A stretch of 21,052 bases of DNA from Azolla caroliniana (lineage: Eukaryota > Plantae > Polypodiophyta): NCBI GenBank assembly GCA_043228905.1, contig JBHGNT010000547.1, forward strand, positions 1-21,052. Direction: 5' to 3'. The notes under the pieces were generated by a model. It was given only the letters and a program-made list of their open reading frames with translations, was not told the DNA's origin and did not search any database. Position numbers and translations under genes: made by a program. Shown piece by piece: positions 1 through 9,511 of this stretch (its first letter is position 1; each line of letters starts with the position of its first letter).

Positions 1-1193
1 ATACATGTTGCTGATAAAAAAAGCCTCGACATCATCCATATGGCCTACTACAACCAATGCCTATTCCAGATAGCCCAGGGAAATCTATTTCCATGGACTT
101 TATTACGGATCTTCCACCTTCCAAGGGATTTAATTCTACTCTCACGGTAGTTGATCGTTTTACGAAGATGGCGCATTTCCTTCCATGCATGAAGACCATT
201 ACTAGTCAAGAGATAGCCGATTTACTCATGCGGGAGGTGTTTCGCCATCATGGTCTTCCGGATGATATTATCAATGATCGGAGTCCCCAATTCATCTCGA
301 AATTTTGGCGGCACATGTTCAAACTCTTACATACTTCTTGTAAACTCTCTTCCGGCTACCATCCAGAGACTAATGGGTAGAGTGAGCGCACCAACCAAAC
401 AATCGAACAATATCTACGTTGTTTTGTCAACTATCAACAAGATGATTGGGTGGATTTATTACATTTGGCAAAATTTTCTTACAACAACTCCGAATATTCC
501 TCTACTGGATATTCCCCATTTTTTGCTAACATTGTGTACCATTCTCGTTGGACGATGCTTGAACATCCCGAACTCCTGAAAAACCCGGCTGCTGAAGATC
601 GGTTGACTCGACTCCAAGAAGTTCAGGATATAGTTTTGCATCATTTATGTGATGCCTAAAACATTCAAAACAAGATTGTTGATCGTCATCGGTGTGATTC
701 ATCGACTACGTTTCAAGTAGGAGATTGTGCATGGCTCTTACAAGGTAGCATTAAAACCACCCGACCTTGCTACAAATTGGATTATCAACGTTTTAGCTCA
801 TATGTGTTCTCTGGTAAGATCAATGATGTGACATTTCGTCTTGATCTCCCTCCTCATGTGCGTCTTCACCCGGTCTTCCATGTTTCACTTTTGGAGTCCT
901 ACACAACAAGCTCTATTCCGGGTCGTCTTACACCTCCCCCACCTCCAATTGAAGTTTCCAATGGCTTTGAATATGAGGTTGTTGTCATTCTCGACTCCAA
1001 GATCATCTGCAACAAACTATATTATTTGGTTAATTGGTTAGGTTATACACCTAATGATCGAACATGGGAGCCTGCCGAGCATCTTGCTAATGCCTTCGAC
1101 ATGGTTGTTGCATTTCACGACAAATATCCCCATAAACGAAGTCCGAACTCTTGTCTTCCGACTCATGGAACTCATCATCGAAAGGGGGGATAA
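1..1193 (+). pseudogene. pol: Degenerate pol 3' end (integrase core and chromodomain)
   Basis: ORFs 57-380, 450-659 and 777-1193 are one frame broken by stops. Chromodomain YEVVVILDSK...YYLVNWLGYTPNDRTWEP; homologous to the protein at 9520-10878. Confidence 0.92.
1181..1190 (+). other. Polypurine tract
   Basis: AAAGGGGGGA 3 nt before the LTR-start TGTCATG at 1194. Confidence 0.85.
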
Positions 1194-1576
1194 TGTCATG
1201 AAGACAACATTTTGACTTATCAAGAATTGAACCCACGACTTCTTGGTCTATGTGTCGAACCCTTAACCATTGTAATAACATATATGTTGTGTAATTATAA
1301 TAATTATATTTTTAGTTATTACGAGACATTAGAATATTCTAGAACATTCTAGATTATTCTAGAACATCCTTTAATATTTCATGATTATATTTCTTATCAT
1401 AAAAATCTAAAATATTCTAGAACATTCTAGAATACTCCATAAGAATCTACAAATAAGTGTCCATACATTCATTTACTCATTCGGTTCAACACCAGTCTTT
1501 AGCCCTTAGCCTACTCATTGTAATCTTGTTTCATCATAATATAATCTCATTTCTATTTCAAGTCTTATCTCTCTCA

Positions 1577-1607
<31 letters not shown>

Positions 1608-1666
1608 CCTCCCTCTCTCGCTATCGCTCTCGCTCTCACTCTATCTCCTACCCACGAGTCTCGACA
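1194..1666 (+). repeat. 3' LTR of the first chromovirus (about 473 bp)
   Basis: Starts TGTCATGA, as do the LTRs of the 9104-14804 element read on the minus strand; ends TCGACA where copia coding sequence abuts. Shares TTCTAGAA motifs, GGTTCAACaCCAGTCTT and a (CT)n tract with those LTRs. Confidence 0.82.
1223..1277 (-). promoter_or_regulatory. tRNA-like Pol III internal promoter in U3 (degenerate A box and B box)
   Basis: Minus strand: A-like TATTACAATGG (1277-1267), B box GGTTCAATTCT (1233-1223); starts 44 nt apart as in tRNA positions 8 and 52. Confidence 0.55.
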
Positions 1667-2737
1667 ATTGAGGGGGACTTCTCCGACATGTTCAATCGGG
1701 TGTGGAGTGTCGTCTCCGATTTCGACCACTCTTCATGGCTCATCATGTGAGAACCATTCTTCATGGCTCATCATGTGAGAACCATTCTTCATGGCTCGTC
1801 ATGTGATTTGATGCTCTAGAGTAAACGTACCACACCTCGTCCGATTGTGAGGTGGTTTTCTTCATCGAATTTGCCTTGTGTTTCATGACAAAGACTGATC
1901 CTTTTTTGGTTTTGGGTCATTCCAACCCTTCAGCGTAGTCGATCTTTGCCGACTCCCTTGCTCGGTCTTGCCAGAACTGGATTTTTCCTTGCCAGAACTC
2001 CCTTGCTCGGCCTTGCTCGTGGAGGGTTAGGAACTGTTTTAAGCATGTCGGGTATTCCTTTGTGTTTGCTCTTGTCAGCTGCAACCATTGCGTGCCGATC
2101 CACCTCATCCGACACGGCCATGGGGCCGATCCGCCTCCATGTACAACATCTTGTCTAATTGAGTGGTCCTTGACACACTCACGTGGTTTTCTTCAACCAT
2201 CAGCATCAATTGCAAGTCTACGAAGGAGGGTGGCTTCTCCTATGTCCATATTGTCGTCCGGATGGGGTCGTACCTCTACGCTAGACCACAAAGGCAAATT
2301 TGTACCATCTCGTCTTCATCCACTATTATGTTGATGGATCCCAGGGCATTGTAGATCTCCTTTATTTTGGTGGTGTAGTCAGTGACCGACATATCCTTTT
2401 GCCGAATATTGTTGAGCTCTTGCCGAAGCTACAACTTTCGGGCCGTGGTAGTTGTGGTGAAAATCTTTTTCAGATTTTCCGAGGCCTCCTTCGGCATTTT
2501 CGCATCTATGATGTAGCCTAGCATTTGATCGTGCACACAGGAAGAAAAACAATACAACACTCTGCTTGTTGCTTGCTCCCACACCGAGAAGTCCTTGTGT
2601 GCCAGTTCCAACGCTATTTCATGTGCTCCTTCCACCTAACTCCAATAACCATGCCCCAATAGGTACTAGGACATCTTGTAGGACGAAGATGTGTAGTTGT
2701 TCCAGTCAAGCTTTTCAGTGGGAAGTGAGCTCTCCAT
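1667..2737 (-). pseudogene. gag-pol: Degenerate copia gag and aspartic protease
   Basis: Manual translation gives gag segments (DQMLGYIIDAKMPKEASENLKKIF; VDEDEMVQICL) and WYV[Y]S[R]ASNHMT (consensus DSGAS), ending VEIGDDTPHPIEHVGEVPLN; several stops and frameshifts. Confidence 0.85.
1731..1806. repeat. 28-bp tandem repeat, about 2.7 copies
   Basis: CTTCATGGCTCATCATGTGAGAACCATT at 1731, 1759 and 1787 (partial), within the protease region. Confidence 0.95.
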
Positions 2738-2836
2738 GCTTCTATCCATTTCTCTCTTCTTCTTCTATTCTTACTGGGTGTTAGGTCTTGGTTTGTCTGA
2801 ACGCTTTGTCAGCAACAGAGGATTCTCAACCCTCGT

Positions 2837-2848
2837 GCCCTGATACCA
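2837..2848 (-). other. Primer-binding site for initiator tRNA-Met
   Basis: TGGTATCAGGGC, one mismatch to canonical TGGTATCAGAGC, directly after the LTR-terminal CA. Confidence 0.9.
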
Positions 2849-3256
2849 TGAAACGGGTAGCATGTGGAAGCTAAACAGACACAACCGGCTCAGCTAGAAA
2901 GCAACAGAGAATGGTAAAACAGAGAGAACAATGGAGAGACATAGAGTATGCGGGAGAGACAGAGATAGAGAAAGCAAAACGCGCACACAATTCTATTACA
3001 AGAATAACACAACACTTTATACATATAAATGTGCTAAGAGAGCACCTTTATACAAGTTCGTAAAGGACTAACAGAAGTACTGACAAGTACTTCAATGCTC
3101 ATAACTAAGCTGTTGACACTAACTCCCAAAAATATGCCTATCTACTAGGCTAGGATCGTAGGCCTCTAACGACCTACCGATTTTCGTGGATCCGGCTCAA
3201 CGATCCGGCCCTCGGCTTATTCAGCCGATCTAGCCCAAGTTGAGCTTGCTTGCTCA
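2849..3256 (-). repeat. Probable 5' LTR of the minus-strand copia (about 408 bp)
   Basis: Inner edge fixed by the PBS. Outer edge inferred from TGA...TCA termini and an abrupt switch to integrase sequence at about 3257; no second LTR in the window. Confidence 0.65.
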
Positions 3257-3257
3257 A

Positions 3258-3556
3258 TAGCCCACAACTTCCGACTACAGTCTTCAATGAAGGTCACAAA
3301 GTATTATGAACTAGTATGTGACTTAATATCTACATAGAATACGTTTGTATGCATGAGTTCTAGCTAAATTCTCTTCCTTGTCGGGGGCCTAGTTAGGAAG
3401 CAGGTTTTGTTGTGCTTGTCAGTCAAGAAATCGGTGCGCTTCTTGACTTGCCTCCGAATTGAGGTTGTCATCAACAAGTCTTTGCATCCCCTTCTCACTC
3501 ATGTGGCACAACCTCCTGTGCCACAGTTCGCTGACTATGTCGACTGCCACATTCAT
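3258..3556 (-). pseudogene. Degenerate copia GAG-pre-integrase/integrase fragment
   Basis: Reverse complement aligns by eye with about 14805-15108 (CACATGAGTGAGAAGGGGATG; GTGACCTTCAT...GAAGYTGTGGGC); encodes ELWHRRLCHMSEKGM. Confidence 0.85.
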
Positions 3557-3862
3557 TTATCTCAAAAGGAAAATTAGAAGAATCTCACTAACAAGTGTAT
3601 CAAGCAATCACTTGAAGGCTTATTGGAAAAGGATTTGGTCTTTTAGGGGACCAACAAAATACACTCTCTTCAGATGGTTTTTACTACATGCAGCACTACT
3701 TCTAGGTCAGTCTTTGAAAGGAAACATGGCACCCGTTCTTAGAAAATGTAGTTATTGTGGTGACTTGCAGGAAACTACCAAGCATGCTCTCTCCTCCTAT
3801 TCAATAGCCCAACAGGTATGGAATAAAGTTCTTTCTTTATTCCTAACAATTAATGTAGGTTG

Positions 3863-4436
3863 TGTTAGGAAACAGGTCCCTCCGGATGGGAAGTGAGAAG
3901 AACAGTGCTGATGAGAAACCGAATGAGGACCACCCGGCTACGGAAGACCTGGTGACAACCGAATGAGGAGCACCCGGCTACGGAAGACCCGGTGAGAACC
4001 GGATGAGGAGTACCCGGCTACGGAAGACCCGATGAGAACCGGATGAGGAGTACCCAGCAAGAGCCGGATGATGTAGACCCGGTGAGGAGTGCTCATCAGA
4101 TGAAGGGACATATTCGTAAATATGTTTATGAGAGTCCATCTGAGCTATATTTGTAAATAGCCGAAAAGTCATATTAGTATAAATATGACTTAGGGCAAAC
4201 TTTTAGATATAGCAATTGTCATTCTTGTTGGCGCAAGATTAGAGCGCGTAACAGTGTACAGAGAGAGAGAGAGAGAGGAAGAGGTTGTTGCCTCTGTTGT
4301 AACCGCCGTCTGTGGCGAAGATAGCAAGCTCGAGGTCGTTGCCTCGGTGGTTTAGTATTGTACATTCTGATATAGTGATAGTTTGCAGTCTGTGGGCTGC
4401 CGTGGTTTTTTCCCTAGTTTGGGTTTTCCACGATAA
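3863..4436 (+). repeat. 5' LTR of copia, truncated
   Basis: Matches 17242-17823 with about 22 substitutions and a (GA)n indel. The last 114 bp of LTR, the PBS and gag are missing. Confidence 0.95.
3913..4055. repeat. 40-bp tandem repeat in copia U3, about 3.5 copies (also about 17292-17434)
   Basis: Unit GAGAACCGGATGAGGAGYACCCGGCTACGGAAGACCYGGT. Confidence 0.93.
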
Positions 4437-4793
4437 ACACGTTCGCATTCATAAGTGGAAGGATCGCGCATAAATGGAAGGATAAGGGAAATTTTAGGGG
4501 TTTTTCAATGATTTTACAAAACACATTGATACCAGTATCATACATGTTCAAACATACTATGAAAAAGGTTAAAAATCCACTATTTTCGTGATTTAGAAGT
4601 AACTAAAAAAAGACGAATTTCAAAAAGATACATTCTCAATTTATATCACAAACTTCACAACCAATGTTATTTTATAAGAAACAATTTTTTAGAAATCATA
4701 AGAATTCAAAACACATGATTTTATATTACTCGATTTGTTACAAGCGGAATGTAGTTACACTTAATAGCCAAATATACATTCATGATCACTCCT

Positions 4794-7558
4794 TTACGGA
4801 GAATCACTACTATAACTAATATACAATGACGATTCCTCCTTATCATCCTCGGATGTACCAATCAGTGCATTATCTTCGTCATAAACCAAATGGTTTGACT
4901 CTAGATTATATGTAGCAGATCTCGTTTGCCTTTGACTCGAGCCACCTTGTAGACCTGGTAATTTTTCTTTTATTATATCTATTGTTGACTTCCTTAATCG
5001 TCCGGCTTTTGTAAGTGTGAAGTCGTACACGATGATATCCACATCAGAGATATCAAGGGTCGAGGTGTTACGAATGTTTCGCTTCCTCTTCCTACCTCCC
5101 CTTCTTGTTTGGCATTCAATCATCTCCAATGTATACTTACCTGTAAAAGCATTTGCACTTCTAGTGTTGTACCAATGAACATTTATAGACTTGATCGTGT
5201 TTTCTATTTCATGCATTAGCACTTCTAGAATTTTACCAACCCAAAATTGGTGGCCATGTGAGTTCTCATCAGCCGGCGTTGCAATCAACATCCCCGCGGT
5301 GAGCTCTTGCAAATTTCCTTGCCATCTAGCTTCGGTTGCTTTGGTCATCCTTGGTCCCACATAAATGTCTCTTTGTTGTGGATGGACCAAGCTGTCATTA
5401 ATCGCATTTACTAGTTGCTCCGGACTTCTATTTACGCGATCATGTTGCAACGACCAAATTCCAATTATCAACAGATACACAATTGTCTATAATTTCTTTC
5501 TGATCACTATAAAATACATCCCACCATGACGTGTCTTGTTGTGCGGCATATTTCTTGGCGGCCTCAATATGCTTTCTTTTTTCTTCTAAGGCTTGGAGCC
5601 ATGACCGTTTTTGTTTTGATACCAAGTCGCTCTGCAACTGTCCTTTCTTCTCAATTGGCATTTGCTTAGCTCCATGGACAATTGTACTCGGCATACAAAG
5701 TAATAACTGGCAACCACCTTCAGGTTCCCATGTTGTAGAAGATGAATATTGTTTGGCATACAAAAGTGTAGAACCACTTATTCCATTTTTCTTTATCAAA
5801 AAAATGTGATTGAAACTTATATTGTTTAACTGAGCAAGCACTTTAACATTCCCACCACCCCCATCTAATATATATCTCTTAAAGTCATATACCTCCTTCA
5901 AGTGTAACACTTTTGGGCGTGGTGTATAAGCATCACAAATGACATCAAATAGTTTAGGTAAAGTGAAAGCATCATGCCGAGACAACTGTCTGGAGAATGT
6001 GCTAAACATCTGATCTATATGGTCATGTGTGTGGCCAACCAAAAGGAAATTGACTTTCACTTTCCTAAACAATTCTAGGTTGACCAACATACTTAGATAG
6101 CCAAATACAGTTGAATTTTTGTTCTCTCTAGCAAGTATTGTCCAATTGAATGTATAGAACAGGGGGGAAAGGTTGTCCCCAAGACATCAAAACTCGGTGA
6201 ATCACTGTAACTGTTAGGTTAGGGTCATTGTGAACATTGGGGTAAGTAATGAAGACGTGAGGTCGAACAAACCTATTATAAGCCAAGCATCCCACCAAGT
6301 GCATTTGAACAAGGCACTCATCATTGACATCTTTGGGGAGCCTCCGCATATGCGGCAAGCATGTCTTCTTCTGGTCCATGCCATCTATCATTAAGCACAT
6401 GTATTGTTCGGGCCTCTTCAAACACTTCTCTCTATGATGCATCGCCTTCCTTCGTTCTAAGGATTGTGCCTCACGATGCTCTTGTAGTAACTTCTTACTC
6501 GTATCCTTTTCCATTGATGTCTTTGCACCTTTAGCCAAACTTTTAAGATTTGCACAAATGGAGCAATACCCCATACGTACTTTACGAGGAATAATAACAT
6601 TTGAAAACCGAGCTCTCCATAATCTTGTGAATTGGCTATATGTGATCGACTTATTACGTGAGCCCAGCATATCAGATCGATAGACATCATAAACTTCCCG
6701 ACGTGTATAATTATCAGAAAGATGCATCCTACCTGTAGTGGGCATTACTTCACAATTTAACTGAAAGTAAGTTTTCATCCAGCCAATAGCTAGTCTTCCA
6801 ATTGCACCTTTCATACTTGGAACCTCTTTACAATTGAGCATCTGATCCCCGCTAAGTAGACGTTGTTGTACTCTATGTAGCCGCATGTTACTAACACATA
6901 ACGCAATTTTGAATGCAACTCTACATATCTATTGCGCATGGAAGATATAATACTCGAATGATACTTTGATCCCCGTACATTTGTCAGATACTAGTTGCAT
7001 ATGTGACCCGAGGTAAGTGTCTTGCTCATCACCGGTCATCGAAAAATAGTATCGCCTTAATTCTCGCAACTTTGATTTTCCAATCATAGACATACAACCA
7101 CGGGCACAACATATTTTGTTGACATCAAATCCAATCTGTTTATCTGATGTCACCAAGCTAAATCTAGCTAGACGAATTCTTCGTGGGATTCTTCTAATAT
7201 GCATAGGGCTCCCAGATTTCTCTTCCTGCATAGAGGTTGGTGTAACCTTGTTACAGTCTAATTCTTTGCTGTGACCATCGCCAATGTTATTCAATGTTTC
7301 CTGGGCACTTCCTTCATTCTCGGTATCTTTATTAATATCGTATTCTTCAATAGAGAACTCTTCACATGTGTCATTATTTACATTCCCTGTAGATGAGCTC
7401 AGACAATATTCTTCGATAGAATATGGTGAGTCGGTCGACAGACAATATTCTTCAATCGAATATGGTGACTCTGATGACAAACAATACTCTTCAGTAGAAA
7501 ACGATGGGTCTGATGACAAACAATATTCTTCAATCGAGAACGGTGAATCTTCACTCAT
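4794..7558 (-). pseudogene. Degenerate DDD-type transposase, about 920 aa reconstructed
   Basis: Four ORFs join: in-frame TAG at 6929-6931, an extra base near 6134 (restoring QLDNTARENKN), probable frameshift near 5480. Motifs: CCARGC...Q..YL, CRVAF, CSIC, IDGMDQKKT, LYIQLDNT, FLLVGHTHDHIDQMFS. Superfamily call is from motif recall, not a search. Confidence 0.75.
7397..7555 (-). repeat. 39-bp (13-aa) coding repeat, 4 copies
   Basis: DSPFSIEEYCLSS / DPSFSTEEYCLSS / ESPYSIEEYCLST / DSPYSIEEYCLSS at the N-terminus. Confidence 0.92.
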
Positions 7559-8242
7559 GGCTTAAGGTCTAGATAGGGCTCTCTAAGTTATGGGCTTAGG
7601 GGAAAGAAAAAAACTAATAACCTCCTCTCTAAACATATACTCCTCTCTAAACATAAACTTCTCTCTAAACAAAAGCCAAATCAATAGAATGTCTATATTA
7701 TGTAATATTCTATTAATACAATACATCAAAAAATTATTTTTAATAAAGTAATTGTACTTAAAATATCAATTATTATATAAACTACATCTATATAAAGTTA
7801 AATCAAGTAAAATATAAAACTAATCATTAACAAGCCATGAATATGTTGGATTAATGTTAAAATCATTGGCTAATTAATGGCACCCATTTTGATATAGAAC
7901 GTCTCACTCATTGGTTCTTTAATGCTCACCATTTTAAATATTAGACTTATCAATCATTGGTTAATTTATGCCCACATCTTTAATACACAACATTTGAGAG
8001 TCATAAAAATTGTTGGTTTTAGTAATCAATCATTGGTACATTCATGAACCTCTATCATTGTCTCATTCATAACCTTTGAAGTCATTGTAGGTTGTTATGA
8101 CTATAAAAGATTGATCAATATGGTAGTTTGACTTTGTAATCATTAATACAATCATAAGTTACTCTAGTTAATGTGACTATAGTTACCAACTAACTATGCT
8201 CAAAGTTACCAACCTTGGTTAAGGTGACTATGGTTACTTTAA

Positions 8243-8292
8243 CCAATGTGTTGAATCCCTATAAATAGGAAGACCTCGTCATATTTCACTCA
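8243..8292 (+). promoter_or_regulatory. Putative Pol II core promoter of a divergent second gene
   Basis: CCAAT 8243-8247, TATAAATA 8260-8267, Inr-like TCACTCA about 28-32 nt downstream; ATG at 8411 and donor-like AG|GTAGGC at 8445/8446. Confidence 0.45.
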
Positions 8293-8293
8293 C

Positions 8294-8365
8294 CAGAGCG
8301 TACAGAGCGTACAGAGCACACAGAACGTAGAGAGCACACAGAGCACACAAAGCGCACAGAGCACA
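8294..8365. repeat. 9-bp tandem repeat, about 8 copies
   Basis: CAGAGCRYA units (CAGAGCGTA, CAGAGCACA and variants). Confidence 0.9.
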
Positions 8366-8495
8366 AAGCACGAAAGCGCGATCTCCGCCTCCACTTCCAC
8401 ACGATCAAACATGTCTTCAAAGAGAATCGAGCGCGAGGACTCCAGGTAGGCCTCTGACACTATGGACATTTTTGTAAATATGTTTCGTTTCTCAA

Positions 8496-8663
8496 GAACT
8501 CGATACCCCGTATCGAGTTCATGTATACAATACAAATATTTATACATGAACTCGATACGGCGTATCGAGTTCATAATTTAATTTTTCTTTTTAAACAGGA
8601 ACTCGATATGGCGTATCGAGTTCCTGTTTAAAACCTACACTTTAAACACGAACTCGATACGGC
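8496..8663. repeat. Array of 3.5 palindromes GAACTCGATAC-NNN-GTATCGAGTTC
   Basis: Hairpins at 8496-8520 (11-bp arms), 8546-8574 (13-bp), 8589-8633 (20-bp); half copy at 8650-8663. Confidence 0.95.
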
Positions 8664-9103
8664 AATCACAGCAAGCGAAGAAGAGTTGATGCTCATCACC
8701 GAGGAGAGTGAGATAAACCTTGCCGGCGACGAGATGACCTGGGTGGTCGACTCCGAAGCGTCGTTCCACCTTACCCCTAACCAGAAATGCTTCTCATCCT
8801 ACTCAACCGGTGATCATGGTTGTGTCCGGATGGGGAATGAAGGTACATGCCGAATTGTCGGCATAGGAGACGTGTGGTTGACAACACCAACCGGATGCAA
8901 GTTGCTGCTGAAGGATGTCTGACACGTTCCGGAGGTTCGTCTGAACCTGATATCAGCCGGCCAGGTAGATGATGAAGGCTACACGAGTAGCATCCAGAAC
9001 GGTGTTCTGAAGTTTAGCAAAGGGAGCCTGATTGTGGCTCGGGCCTGGAAGGTAAACACGTTGTACCTAATGAATGCCCGGTTATGTCCAGAGGAAGTGA
9101 ACG
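8662..9103 (+). pseudogene. pol: Copia pol: protease and start of the pre-integrase region
   Basis: TWVVDSEASFHLT, VRMGNEGTCRIVGIGDV, LKDV*HVPEVRLNLIS; resumes at 14810 after the chromovirus. Confidence 0.92.
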
Positions 9104-9508
9104 TGTCAGGAATAGTACGAAAGCAGAGATGGAATTAGTACTAAGAAGAGTAGTACTATTAGTACTAAGAGGAGAGAGAGAGAGAGATAGCGAGGATGAG
9201 AGAGAGAAAGATGATGACAGCAGCTAATATATTATGTGAAAAGATAAGTACAAAGCGGCTGAGAGGCTTAAGACTGGCATTGAACCAATTTGGTTCAACA
9301 TAATGCCTAGTGCCTTCTTTTATAGTGTTGTCAGGAGTAATCCTGAAACTTCTAGAATGTTCCAGAGAAATCTGGAATATACATTACTTTCTTATAATAA
9401 AACATAAATGAAAATAATATCTTATGAATTACAATAGATGGTGTGATGGTTAAGAGCTCGACCCATATATCATAAGGTCAAGGGTTCGAGTCTTGCCATA
9501 TCATGACA
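9104..9508 (-). repeat. 3' LTR (405 bp)
   Basis: Direct repeat of 14399-14804; preceded on the minus strand by the PPT. Confidence 0.97.
9439..9493 (+). promoter_or_regulatory. tRNA-like Pol III internal promoter in U3 of the 3' LTR
   Basis: A box TGGTGTGATGG 9439-9449, B box GGTTCGAGTCT 9483-9493, 44-nt offset, AGGTC variable-loop motif between. Confidence 0.65.
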
Positions 9509-9511
9509 CTA

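Larger units (their letters stand above)
1..1666 (+). mobile_element. Ty3/gypsy chromovirus (Tcn1/Tf1-like), 3' part: integrase, chromodomain, PPT, 3' LTR
   Basis: Integrase motifs SISMDFITDLP, VVDRFTKMAHF, SSGYHPETNG; C-terminal chromodomain; PPT at 1181-1190; LTR TGTC...GACA 1194-1666. The 5' part is outside the window. Confidence 0.93.
1667..3256 (-). mobile_element. Ty1/copia element, 5' part (5' LTR, Met-i PBS, gag, protease), interrupted at 1667 by the chromovirus
   Basis: Probable LTR 3256-2849 (TGAG...TTCA), PBS TGGTATCAGGGC, gag start MESSLPTEKLDWNNY...YLLGHGYW, protease-like EVWYVYSRASNHMT. Confidence 0.85.
4437..8663 (-). mobile_element. Truncated DNA-transposon-like insertion with a Sola-like (DUF7869-type) transposase
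   Basis: AT-rich foreign block between copia LTR and copia protease; transposase-like pseudogene; repeated CATAARTGGAAGGAT near the left end. Right end appears lost, so no TIR pair or TSD is visible. Confidence 0.72.

Noticed and set aside
1668-1676. PPT-like TTGAGGGGG on the plus strand
   Set aside because: It is the reverse complement of copia coding sequence (EVPLN) and no LTR follows.
1457-1750. 97-aa ORF
   Set aside because: Runs through the LTR (CT)n tract and a TE junction.
3913-4055. CRISPR-like 40-bp periodicity
   Set aside because: Head-to-tail repeat with no unique spacers, duplicated in both LTRs.
4437-4445. CACTA/EnSpm terminus
   Set aside because: Reads CACGT, not CACTA or CACTG, and the protein lacks motifs I recognise as TnpD; left unassigned.
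8290-8574. 94-aa ORF with Cys-rich LCV/LCT repeats
   Set aside because: Product of the 9-bp repeat and palindromes read antisense.
8496-8663. CRISPR-like palindromic repeats with spacers
   Set aside because: Eukaryotic TE context, no cas genes, only 3.5 units, and spacers are partly extensions of the hairpin arms.
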